Source: the human T2T-CHM13v2.0 reference genome, Homo sapiens
Assembly: GCF_009914755.1 (NCBI RefSeq)
Contig: NC_060937.1
DNA: 64,000 nt
Reading direction: 5' to 3' (one strand)
The notes beneath the pieces were generated by a model, which did no database searches, had not been told where the DNA came from, and saw only the letters and a list, made by a program, of their open reading frames with translations. Positions within the stretch are counted from its first letter, which is position 1; each line of letters starts with the position of its first letter. Shown one piece after another: positions 1-11,700 of this stretch. Position numbers and translations under genes: made by a program.

Positions 1-1009
1 TATCTAATTCCTTGAGGCATGACCCTAGGTGACTCTTTTTTCTTTGGCTTTGTTGGATTGGGTTAATTCAAAAGCACAAATTGTCTATTTGTGCTCTTTC
101 AGGCTTTTTGATATAAGCATTTAATGCTATGAACTTTCCTCTTAGCACCACTTTTGCTGTATCCAGCAAAAGTTTTGATAAGTTGTGTCACTATTATTGT
201 TCAGTTCAAAGAATATTTCATTGTTAACCCAACAATTGTTCAGGAGCAGGTTATTTAATTTTCATGTATTTTCATGGTTTTGAGGGTTCCTTTTGCAGTT
301 CATTTCTAATTTTATTCCACTGTGGTCTGAGACTACAGGCTATAGTTTTGATTTTCGTAAATTTGTTGAGACTTGCTTTGTGGCCTATCATATGGCCTAT
401 CTTGGAGAACGTTCCATGTGCTGATGAATAAAATGTATATTCTGCAGTTTTGGGGCAGAATGTTTTGTAAATATCTGTTAAGTCCATTTGTTGTAGAATA
501 TAGTGTAAGTCCATTGTTTGTTGACTTTCTATCTTGATGACCTGTCTCATGCTATCAGTGGAGTATTGAAGTCCCCCACTATTATTGCATTGCTGTCTAT
601 CTCATTTCTTAAATCTAGTAAGCAATTGTTTCATATATTGGGGAGCTCCAGCATTAGGTGCATATATATTTGGGATTGTGATATTTTCCTGTTGGACTAC
701 TCCTTTTATCATTATATAATGTCCCTCTTTGTCTTTTTTAACTGCTGTTACTTTAAAGTGTGTTTTATCTGATATAAGAATAGCTACTCCTGCTTGCATT
801 TGGTGTCCATTTGCATGGAATATCATTTTCCACCTCTTTACCTTAAGTTTATGCAAGTCCTTATGTGTTAGGTGACTCTCTTGAAGACAGCAGATACTTG
901 GTTGGTGAATTTTTATCCATTCTGACATTCTGTATCTTTTAACTGGAGCATTTAGGCTATTTACATTCAACATTAGTATTGAGATGTTAGGTACTATTCT
1001 ATTCATCAT
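1..1009 (-). pseudogene. Disrupted L1 ORF2p APE-endonuclease region
   Basis: ORFs 602..1009 and 272..550 are consecutive, frameshifted pieces of the endonuclease domain. Confidence 0.9.
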
Positions 1010-1121
1010 GCCATTTGTTGCCTGATTTTTTGTTTTTTGTTTTTTGTTTTTTCTTCATTGTGTTGTTGTTTTATAGGTCCTGTGAGATTTATGCTTTAAG
1101 GAGATTCTATTTTTGCATATT

Positions 1122-2088
1122 TCAAGGATTTGTTTCAAGATTTAGAGCTTCTTTTAGCAGTTCTAGTAGTGCTGGCTTGGTAGTGCAAATTCTCTCAGCA
1201 TTTGTTTGTTTGAAGATTGTTATCTTTCCTTCATTTATGAATCTTACTTTTGCTGGATACAGAATTCTTGGTTGATAATTGTTGTGTTTAAGGAGGCTAA
1301 AGATAGGACCCCAATCCCTTCTAGCTTGTAGGGTTTCTGCTGATAAATCTGCTGTTATTCTGATAGGTTTTCCTTTATAGGTTACCTGATGCTTTTGCCT
1401 CACAGTTCTCAAGATTCTTCCCTTTGTCTTGACTTCAGATAATCTGATGACTATATGCCTAGATGATGGTCTTTTTGCAATGAAGTTCCCAAGTGTTCTT
1501 TGAGCTTCTTGTATTTGAATGTCTAGATCTCTAGCAAAGCCAGGGATGTTTTCCTTGATTATTCCTTCAAATATGTGTTCCAAATTTTGGATTTCCCTTC
1601 TTCCTTGGTAACACCAATTATTCTTAGATTTGGTCACTTAACATGATCCCAAGCTTCTTAGAGGCTTTGTTCATTTTTTTAAAATTTTTTTCTTCAGCTT
1701 TGTTGGATTAATTTGAAAGCCTTGTTTTTGAGCTCTGAAGTACTTTCTTCTGCTTGTTCAATTTTATTGCTAAGACTTTCCAGTGCAGTTTTCATTTCTC
1801 TAAATGTGTCCTTGATTTCCGAAGTTGTGATTTTTTTAATGCTATTTCATTGGATATTTTTCCTTTCATGTCCTGTATCATTTTTGTTTGATTTCTCTAA
1901 GTTGGACTTCACCTTTCTTGGTTCCTTTTTGTTTGACTTAATAATCAACCTTACGAATTCTTTTCCTGGCAATTTAGAGATTTCATCTTAGCTTGAATCC
2001 ATTGCTGGTGAGCTAGTGTGATCTTTTGTGGATGTTAAGAAAGCTTGTTTTCTCATATTATCAGAATTGTTTTTCTGGTTTATTCTCA
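1122..2088 (-). pseudogene. Disrupted L1 ORF1p
   Basis: ORF 1122..1637 carries the ORF1p RRM/CTD motifs. Probable ATG at 2088 (atgagaataaaccagaaaa). Stops and frameshifts lie in between. Confidence 0.85.
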
Positions 2089-3344
2089 TTTGGGTGGATG
2101 ATGTCAGAGGGACAATCTGGTACTCAAGGGCTGCTTTACAGATTCTTTTGTCCCATGGGAGTGCTACTTTGATGTGGTGCTCTCCCTTTTCCTCTAGGGA
2201 TGGGGCTTCCTGAGAGCCGAACTATAGTGATTGATATTTTTCTTCCGGATCTAGCCACCCAGCAGAGCTACTGGGCTCTAGGCTGGTATTGGCGAGTGTC
2301 TATAAAGAGTCCTGTAATATGATCTGTCTTCAGTTCTCTCAGCTGTAGATATCAGCACCTACTCTGGTGGAGGTAGCAGGGGAATGAAATGGACTCTGTG
2401 ATGGTTCTTGGTTGTATTTTTGTTAAGTGTGATGGTTTTGTGTTAACTGGCCTCCAGCCAAGAGGTGGTGCTTTCGAGAGCACATCAGCTGTGATTGTAT
2501 AGGGAGGATACATGCTTGCCCTAGGGTTGCCTTTGGATGAGTATTCAGGTTTCTTGGGCATTGGGCAGGGTCACAGAGCTCCCAAGAGATTATGTCCTCT
2601 GTCTTTGGTTACCAGGGTAGGTAGAGAAAAACCATCAGGTGGGGGCAGGATTATGCATGTCTGAGCTCAGACTCTCCTTGGGCAGGGTTTGTTGTGGCCA
2701 TTGTGGGATAAGGGGATGTGGTTCTCAGGCCAATGGAGTTATATTCCCAGGAGGATTATGGCTGTCTCTGCTGCGTCACACAGGTCGCCAAGGAAGGGGG
2801 TAAAGGCAGCAACCATAGGCCTTACCAGCTCCCACAGAGCCCATAGCCAGAAAGGCCAGTCTCACTCCCACTGTCTCCCCCCAACAGCATTGAGTTTATT
2901 TCCAGACAGCCCTTGAGCAGGACTGAGTACTTGCCCCAGGCTACAAGCCTCCCAGCTGAGAAAGCAAGCACACTCACAGTTCCTCTGCTGTCCCATGGAG
3001 CCTGCAGTGGCAATCCACCTCCTTCAAAGGTCTGTAGATTCTCTCAGCTTTCCTGGTATGTTCCTGTGGTAGTTCTTGGAGAAAAAGTTCACTATATGGG
3101 TCTCCACACACTGCTCTCTCCCTCCTAGTGGGAGCTGCAAGTTAGTCCTGCCTCTTATCCACCATTTTCCTCTTCTCTCCCAATCTACTGTGTTCTACGG
3201 GTCAATGAAAGTCAAAGTACACCCTAGGTGCAAGTGTTGGGAAAAAAAGTCATCATCTCCTCAAGGAAAGAGCTGTGAAGAGTTCATGATCATTTTTAAT
3301 CCACCACTTGCATCATAAATACAAATCACCATAAAGCAAAGCAT

Positions 3345-3570
3345 TATTGAATGCCAACATATGCCAGCTAATGCTTTATATGTAACATCTAAGCATTTAT
3401 TATAATTCTATGAATGACCATGAATGAATATAAATGTCATTATTAGAGATGAGGAAACTGTACTACATAAAAGGTTAAGTAACTTGCCAAAGGTCATACA
3501 GTCTGTGATGCCGAAGCAGATTCAGGTCCAGTCAAACTACGAATCCCAGTCTCTTGATCACCATACTTCA
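3345..3570 (-). mobile_element. MIR SINE fragment
   Basis: gatgaggaaactg...aaggttaagtaacttgccaaaggtcatacag is the reverse complement of the MIR core. Confidence 0.75.
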
Positions 3571-3595
3571 TAAAATGTACAGTAAGGTTATCATA

Positions 3596-4225
3596 CAAGC
3601 TTTCTTTTGCTGCCATAACACTTTGCCACAAACTTAGTGACTTAAAACAATACAAATGTATTATCTCACAGTACTGTAGGTCAGAAGTTTGAAGTCACTT
3701 GGCTTGTTTCTCTGTTTCAGGTTTCACAAAGGCTAAATCAAGGCTGAGTTATTATCTTAGAGGCTTAGGAATAATATATGGCCAGGTTCATCCAGTTTGC
3801 TGGAAAAATTAAGTTCCTTGCAATCAAAGGCCTAAGGATTCATTCTCTTGTTGGCTGTCAGCTGGAGGCCACCCTTGGCTCCTAGAGGCCTACATAAGGA
3901 GATATATATATATATATATCTCAAACCCAGTAACTGTGCCTCAAATTCTTCTCACACTTAGAATCTCTAACCTTCTTTTCTGCCGCACCTCTTCTGCCTC
4001 CTTTTCTGCCACATCTCTCTGACCGCAGCCAGAGAAGTTTCTCTGCTTTTAAGGGCTCATGTGATTAATTGGGAAAATCCAGATAATCCAGGATAACCTC
4101 TTTCTCTTAAAGTTTGTAACCCTTTCTCTTAAGGTTTGCAGGTTACACCTGCAAATTCCCTGTTACTCTGTAATGGAGTACATCATAGGATGTAGGGATT
4201 AGGGTGTGGACATTTTTATAGGCCG
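3596..4225 (-). mobile_element. MLT1 (ERVL-MaLR) solo LTR, MLT1E-like
   Basis: gctgccataaca..ccacaaacttagtgacttaaaacaa..ttatctcacagtactgtaggtcagaagt; ends gggattagggtgtggacat. Internal (AT)n at about 3902-3919. Confidence 0.8.
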
Positions 4226-4399
4226 GGTGATTAGTAAGTATTCATGGAGGTAAAATTCAGTTGGATTTTAAGAGATACATAAGGTATTACAAGGTCCTCC
4301 TTGTGTTGGGGAGGAAGAAGTATAAGCCTATGGGAGAAGCTGCTAAGAAAAGCAACAAGAATCACACACGTAGAGACACAGGAAAGTGTAAGACATTTG

Positions 4400-4760
4400 T
4401 GATGAGTGATGATGATTAGAATGATGAATTTGTGGGAACAATTAGAGGAATGATATGTTAGAGTGCAGATAAGGTCAGCCAGTGGAGAACCATAAGTGCC
4501 ACATAGAGGAATTTGGGTTTTATTCTACAGGCTACAGGAAATCATTAGGTTTTTGAGTGAAAGAGTGAAAAATTAAAATGATCCGCGGAAGTGAATCCAG
4601 TGAGTGTATGTGGAAAGATGGGAGTGAGGTGGGTGGAAGATAGCCAAGTAAATTATAATCAACCAGTTGTCCAATAATAAGGTTGATACAGAGGAAGGGA
4701 AACTGGTGAGAGATTCCAGGAAGAAAGAAACAGCTGGAGTATGGCTTGATTGAAGGTTGC
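4400..4760 (-). mobile_element. L2 LINE fragment
   Basis: gaggaatttgggttttattct..aggaaatcattaggtttttgag resembles the antisense L2 3' region. Confidence 0.5.
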
Positions 4761-7700
4761 ACATGAAAGAGAATAACTGTGATCTTGGAAAAAGAGGGGT
4801 CGGGAGGAATGGGGTAAAATCTGCTACAAAGAGGAAGCCTGAGTCAGGTAAAGCAGTAAATGCAATTCCAGTCTAGAGAGAACAGCTCTGCCCTAAAAAG
4901 GAACAGCTGGGGTCTCCATCCTGCTCAGCCTTCATGTGCCACCATCTTTCCATTTAAAGGTAAGAAATGGACTCCTCCACAAAGCAGGCTCCCCACCGGA
5001 ATCCCCCTGACTTCAAAAGCCACATCTCCAGGAAGAGAAAAGCAGAGGCATTTTTTCCTTCTGAAAAGTTCCTTTTAATATTTGGAGTTATTTTCCAAAC
5101 AGTGGTTTAATTAGTGTTTTTAATTTCTAAACTTAATGAAAAATTAATAGCTCCATGGTTGCTCTGAAACTTCTGCGTGATTGTGTGTGTTATCTTCTTT
5201 TTCTTTCTTCCTATTTTTTAGTGCAAGTTTTTTATAGACTCAAATCTGAACTCTGGGGGCATCTCCACATCTCAGAATTGTTGTATATAATAATAATAAT
5301 AAAGTCCCCAACTATACGAAAGTTTGGATTAAGAGATCACCCTTTAAGACATTTCTTAAACATTCTTTGGCAGGCCTGAGATTTACAGGGGGCCATCATC
5401 AAAGCAGCCATGTAAATGGGGACATATTGACAACTTTCCCCCTTAAAGGCAGACACAAACAGGATTTATATGCTTCAACCACAGCTCCCTTGGGAACTCA
5501 ACAAGGGACTTATTTTGTTTCTCTTTTAATAGCTTCTCTTGGGTACTTTATGGACCAGTTCTCTCATCTCAAGTGTTTGATCCCAAGACATAAATTAATT
5601 TTAGATGCACCTTTTATCCATCTTGTCTGCTAAGGCAATATTCACTATTTGTTTTGGTTGCCATGGAGATAATTGACTTCCTGCAGTGGCAGGAGTCTTG
5701 TTTGGGGGTTTTAAAGGGGTTTGGGTCCAGGGATTCTTTAATTTTCACATCGTGAGGAAAGCCATTTCATCAATGGAACATTCGTATACATCTCCCACTT
5801 ATAATTGGAATGATTTTTTTTATCACCTTGTGAAACTTCCCCTTTTATTTTTCATCACTTCCTTCTTTATGGTTTAACCTCTGCTCTCCAAGGTGTTGAC
5901 TAAAACCACAGCAAAGGGCAAGCATTCTATTTATTACTATTTTGTAGAATGGTTGGACACAGCATCTCAGCAGAATACTATCTGAAAAAACAGCTGAAAA
6001 ATCTGAAAAAAAAAAAAAAACAAAAAAAAAAACAAATGGTGGATTATAGAACCCTATTCAGATAGAGGAAGAAGCTACATTTTATCAAAGCAAGAAACAC
6101 TTTGAATACCAGTTCATAAAATCAATCTCCCAGTTACCAACTCAGGCTGCTAAAGATTGGGTCCCTCTGGAGTTTAGGTACCAGTTCTGATATTTACAAA
6201 GGTGACTGTTGGATTCTGCTATAAACTGTTAGAACAGGCAACCTGAAAGTCCATCTCAAGTACAATGAGAAAAATTAAGAAAGAAATATCAGCTTTAAGA
6301 ATATCTTCTTTGAGATATACAAATATACAAATAACAAAATGATAAATACGATATTTTACACACATTCCCGCCTACCTTCCACATTTTGACTACCATTACA
6401 GGTCATGAACATTTCCAAAACAAATTATCTAAAGACTTTTAATGGCATTTAAAAACCTAACTACCAGAAATACATCCTTTTTGTTGCATTCGATTTTTGA
6501 GAATCATATGAGTTATGGTATTTCTGTATATATATTTTACAACACCAAAAAAATCCTATGCCACTTATCCACAGGGCTAATATTTTTGCTAAAATAATTT
6601 TTTACTGTAGTTCAAAAAGCTATTACCAAACGAAAAAAATTAAATCAATGATCAGAATAAGAATTCTTAGGAGCAATAATAGTGAACAAAACTCTAAGAA
6701 CCTACTTCAGTTCTTTTAAGTGCACAGCACAAAATCAATTTGCAATGACCCTGAGAATCAGCCTTCTTCACCACATGACAACAAAAGAAATGGAGGACGA
6801 AAACAAATTAAAGTTCTTAAAAGTCTTTTTTGCCTTCTAAAGATTTAAGGGTATCTTTGAGCTATGAAACTTTTAAAGGCAGCTCTTTGAATGCTTATCA
6901 ATATTGTTGTATATTCTTACAGCAATGGCTTTTAGGCTGATCCTAGAAGCTCACGATTCACTTTCTGATTCATGTTTCATTCTTATTGTATTTGTTTATT
7001 TCATAATGTTTTTTTGAAGATGCATTATGAACATAGCACTGTGCTAGGCAATGGAGGGAGAGAAAAATACTTGATGCAGTCTAGACAGGCACCAACATCA
7101 GGATAACACAAAGCACATAATTGGATGTACATGTTCAGAAGACAACAAAATGCAAGGGAATACAAATCGGAGGGAACTGCTTCATTACAGGCCTCCCACA
7201 CATTAGCTCATTTAACACTGACAATACCTCCACCTCACTGACAAGAAAGCTACACTTTAAAAAGGAGCCCGGATTTGACACTAGGTGTCTCTGATTCCTA
7301 ACCTAAACACTAAACTACTAACCTGTAATACTTCCCTAGTTTAAGTATTATAGTTTACTTCAATGATGACATTTTAGCTGGACCAGGCAGGATTTTAAAG
7401 TGTTTAAGAGGGAGACAGGCATTCCAGAAGAAGAAAAGGATACATGGAGGCTACGGCATGAGTCCGAGACAGGGAAAATAACAGCTAAGTCTTACATCTC
7501 CAATGAGGAAAAGTCCTATTGAGAGGTGACAGCATGCTGGCAGCCCTCGCAGCCCTCGCTCGCTCTTGGTGCCTCCTCGGCCTCGGCGCCCACACTGGCT
7601 GTGCTTGAGGAGCCCTTCAACCTGCCACTGTGCTGTGGGGGCCCCTCTCTGGGCTGGTTGAGGCCGGAGCCACCTCCCTCAGCTTGCTGGGAGGTGCGGA

Positions 7701-8170
7701 GGGAGAGGCGCAGGTGGGAACTGGGGTTGTGCGTGGCACTTGCGGGCCAGCTAGAGTTCCGGATGGGCATGGGCTTGGCGGGTCCCACACTTGGAGTAGC
7801 CGGCCAGCCCTGCCGGCCTGGGCAGTGAGGGGCTTAGCACCCTGGCCAGCAGCTGTGGAGGGTGTGCCAGGTACCCCAGCAGTGCCGGCCCACAGGCGCT
7901 TCGCTTGATTTCTCGCCCGGCCTTAGCTGTCTCCCTGTGGGGCAGGGCTCCGGACCTGCAGCCCGCCATGTCTGAGCCTCCCCTCAACCCACCGTGGGCT
8001 CCTGCATGACCGGAGCCTCCCCGACGAGCACCGCCCCCTTCTCCACGGCGCCCGGTCCCATCAACCACCCAAGGGCTGAGGAGTGTGGGCACAGGGCGCG
8101 GGACTGGCAGGCAGCTCCACCTGCAGCCTGTGTGGGATCCACTGGGTGAAACCAGCTGGGCTCCTGAGTC

Positions 8171-8880
8171 TAGTAGGGACTTGGAGAACCTTTATGTCTA
8201 GCTAAGGGATTGTGAATACACCAATTGGCACTCTGTATCTAGTTCAAGGTTTGTAAATGCACCAATCAGCACTCTGTGTCTAGCTGATCTGGTGGGGACT
8301 TGGAGAACCTTTATGTCTAGCTAAGGGATTGTAATTACACCAATCAGCACTCTGTATCTAGCTCAAGGTTTGTAAATACACCAATCGGCACCGTGTGTCT
8401 AGCTCAAGGTTTGTGAATGCAAACCAATCGGCACTCTGCATCTAGCTAATCTGGTGGGGACTTGGAGAATCTTTATGTCTAGCTAAGGGATTGTGAATAC
8501 ACCAATCGGCACTCTGCATCTAGCTTAAGGTTTGTAAATGCACCAATCAGCACTCTGTGTCTAGCTCAAGGTTTGTAAATGCACCAATCAGCGCTCTGTG
8601 TCTAGCTGATCTGGTGGGGACTTGGAGAACCTTTATGTCTAGCTAAGGGATTGTGAATACACCAATCGGCACTCTGTATCTAGCTCAAGGTTTGTAAATG
8701 CACCAATCAGTACTCTGTATCTAGCTCAGGGTTTGTAAATACACCAATCAGCTCTCTGTATCTAACTAATCTAGTGGGGACATGGAGAACTTTCATGTCT
8801 AGCTCAAGGGCTGTAAACGCACCAATCAGCACCCTGTCAAAACGGACCAATCAGCTCTCTGTAAAACAGACCAATCGGCT
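8171..8880 (+). repeat. LTR12 U3 enhancer tandem array with 14 CCAAT (NF-Y) boxes
   Basis: About 41-bp units ttgtaaatgcaccaatcagcactctgtgtctagctcaaggt interleaved with tggggacttggagaacctttatgtctagctaaggga units. I counted 14 CCAAT boxes between 8221 and 8875. Confidence 0.92.
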
Positions 8881-8884
8881 CTTT

Positions 8885-8970
8885 GTAAAATGGACGAATC
8901 AGCAGGATGTGTGTGGGGCCAGATAAGAGAATAAAAGCAGGCTGCCCGAGCTTGCAGTGGCAACCCACTT
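8885..8970 (+). promoter_or_regulatory. LTR12 core promoter (GATA at 8921-8926, AATAAAA TATA-like box at 8930-8936)
   Basis: Motifs occupy the known ERV9 LTR promoter position. Activity cannot be shown from sequence. Confidence 0.6.
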
Positions 8971-9361
8971 GAATCCCTTTGCATGCTGTGGAAGCTTAGT
9001 TTTTTCTCTCTTTGCAATAACTCTTACTACTGCTCACTCTTTGCGTCCACACTGCCTTTATGAGCTGTAACACTCACCGTGAAGATCTGCGGCTATCGAA
9101 ACCACGAACCCACCGGGAGGAACAAACAACTTCAGATGCGCCACCTTAAGAGCTGTAACACTCACTGCAAAGGTCTGCAGCTTCACTCCTGAGCCAGCGA
9201 GACCAAGAACCCACCAGAAGGAAGAAACTCCGAACACATCCGAACATCAGAAAGAACAAACTCCAGACACGCTGCCTTTAAGAACTGTAACACTCACCGC
9301 GAGGGTCTGCGGCTTCATTCTTGAAGTCAGTGAGACCAAGAACCCACCAATTCCAGACACA

Positions 9362-9500
9362 CTATTATCATTCCCACTGTATAAATCAGGAAAACGAGGC
9401 TCAGAGAGATCAAGTAACCAGCCTAAATGCAAGCAACAGCTAGTAAATGGTAGAGCGAACCCAAGTGATCTGGCTCCGGAGCCTGTGTTCTTAACTTCTC
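9362..9500 (-). mobile_element. MIR fragment, split by the LTR12 insertion
   Basis: ctattatcattcccactgtataaatcaggaaaacgaggctcagagag..cagctagtaaatggtagagc. A likely left remnant lies at about 7490-7519. Confidence 0.8.
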
Positions 9501-9804
9501 CTGACCCCTGCAAGCGCCACCCTTGCAGAGACTGCATATGAAATTCAGGAGGGATGGGTGGGGCAGGGCCAGACAACCAACACCTGACAAAGGTATCTTG
9601 GGGTCAGGTTAACAAGTGCTGCCAATTGTCTTCTCAGGCTTTGAAGAGCCGTGTTTCGGGGTTTGTTTTTGTTTTGGAGCAGGGATAAGCTAAGCTCAGC
9701 TTTGTGTTTTAGAAAGATAAGCCTGGAGCAAAGAGGAGCATGGATTGGAAGGGATGAAAGCTGGAGCCACTTTTCTTTCAATAAAAATATATTTACAAGT
9801 AATC

Positions 9805-10135
9805 CACACACACACACAAAACTTACACACACACACTACACATAAACATATACCACGTGTACCCCAAATATACACATGTGAATACATACAACTTACACAC
9901 ATACACATCAAATATGCACTACATACATTCATATACCACACACATATACACACATACACCACACATACACATACCACATGCACTCACACTCCATACACAT
10001 ATACCACACACACATGTGCATGCATACTCAAACATGCCACACACATGCATACATACTACATATAAACCACCCACACATTGCCTACATATACGATACATAC
10101 ATACACACATACACATACTCACATACACATGCATT
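9805..10135. repeat. Degenerate (CA/TA)n low-complexity repeat
   Basis: About 330 bp of cacacatacac-type alternating purine/pyrimidine sequence. It produces the spurious His/Thr/Cys/Val-rich ORFs. Confidence 0.9.
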
Positions 10136-11509
10136 CCCTTGCCTGAATCATGAGGTAAATGAACTCAGAAACATAATGTTCACTAAGATTTCTTTATATC
10201 ATATATTTTCTGCCTCCCTGAACACAGACTAGACATTATCCAGGAACTTGAGCCTGCAGGAAAGGAATGTTACACATCTTCATCTTCCACTTCTAATGAC
10301 CCAACGTTAGAAAGACTTTTTCTTTTCCAGATTCATTTGGATATTTCTGAGCTCAATAAGCCTGCCAGGGGAGCTATCTTGAAAGCCTAAAAAGGGTCCT
10401 TAGGCAGCATTGTTCTCAATTCCGCAGATGCTATCCTCGTCATTTATGCCTTAAATTAAGAAAAACAATACATTTTGCTTTCCCTGGTTTCATCTGATTT
10501 TCTATTTAGAAATTGTATGTGTTAAGCCTGGACAATGTCAGTGTCCAGGTCGAGATAGTGACTCCCACCCAGTAAAGGATATCACACAGCTCTATGTGGG
10601 CTTAATTCTGCATTTGCCTTTATGCAAATGTCTAATTTTCTAGTTTTACTTTTTTTGTATCATAAATACACAACTATAATATTCTCTTTTTATAAGAAAA
10701 ATATGCCTGTATCTAAACAAAATGAAAACATTTATTCTTTAGTGAAAATAACTGCTACCTGGATGGTAAATTATGTTCACATTATGGTTCATACTTGAAA
10801 ATTATTTTTAAAGCGTCATGAAATTCTTGAAAGCAAAACAACATTTTTGAGCACACATAATTTAAGTTTCACTTAGGGACCATGAAAAAAATACATCCTT
10901 TAGAACACACATAGGGCATTTACAGGAAATGTGGTCCACGAGATACAGAGCCTCTGTTTGGTCTGAATGGAAGATCACATTTCATATTTTAAGGTCAAAT
11001 TACATCAGTTTCTTTCCAGTAAAAAAAAAAAAAAAAAAAAATAGCATCATACTAGAATGTTAATATCTTTAAAACCTCCAAGACTCGATATTGTGTTCTC
11101 TCGGGATAATTTACTGAAGATGAGACTGATGAGCTGCAGCAACCGTTTAATACCCAGAGTTGCGCTTAGGAGAAAAGGATTTCCAGGATAAACCATTTGC
11201 AGGGAAAATTCAATCTAAGCTTCTTTATTTTCAGAACCTATGTTCAGGATGGAAGAAAAAAACCTCTAACATATACAAACACGGAGTTTTCAATCCTTAT
11301 GATAACATTGGCTATTTTAAAGTGTTGGCATAATTTAGGACCTTGAATTTAGGACCTAATTCATGACTATATATTATAAAATCATTTCAGTTAAAAAAAA
11401 AACAAAAAACAACCAAAGTGATGTTTTTCCATTTCCTTTCCCTCATCTTTTATGCCACTCTCTCTGTTGGCTCTGTATTATTATGTTTACAGAATTGCAT
11501 GCAAAATAT

Positions 11510-11700
11510 ATACACTAAGCATTTACTGAGCCCCCACTCTGCTAGGTGCACAGGGAGACATAAAATCGTAGGAGACTTCATGTTTGCCTTCAATGAGCCT
11601 GAAATCCAGCAGGAAAGGTAAGACAATTGTGGGGATACCTAAACACAGTTGTGAGGATGAACAGGATGGTGCAAACTACTTTAGGAACGCAGAGCTAGAG
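11510..11700 (-). mobile_element. L2 3' end fragment
   Basis: taagcatttactgagcccccactctgctaggtgc..gccttcaatgagcctgaaatccag. Confidence 0.55.

Larger units (their letters stand above)
1..3181 (-). mobile_element. LINE-1 (L1PB/L1PA15-16 type), 5' UTR + ORF1 + start of ORF2; 3' part lies outside the window
   Basis: Minus-strand ORF fragments: L1 ORF1p (DIQIQEAQRT..RHIVIRL..KGKPIRITADLSAETLQARRDWGPIF) and ORF2p endonuclease (ISILMLNVNSLNAP..ICCLQESHL..NIYAPNAGAP; DLTDIYKTF..AHGTFSKIGH). The 5' end reads ggaaaatggtggataagaggcaggactaacttgcagctccc on the minus strand. Confidence 0.95.
7520..9361 (+). mobile_element. LTR12-family (ERV9) solo LTR, 1842 bp
   Basis: Starts tgagaggtgacagcatgctggcagccctc and ends gaacccaccaattccagacaca. 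Perfect 4-bp TSD CTAT at 7516-7519 and 9362-9365. GC-rich 5' U3, CCAAT repeat array, and U5 repeats (gagctgtaacactcac). Confidence 0.97.

Noticed and set aside
7516-8092. Overlapping 90-113 aa GC-rich ORFs
   Set aside because: They lie wholly within LTR12 U3, where high GC content suppresses stop codons.
8171-8880. Regularly spaced repeats resembling a CRISPR array
   Set aside because: There are no unique spacers and no cas genes, and the context is primate. This is the ERV9/LTR12 U3 tandem array.
9545-10232. His/Thr- and Cys/Val-rich ORFs
   Set aside because: These are translations of the CA/TA low-complexity tract.
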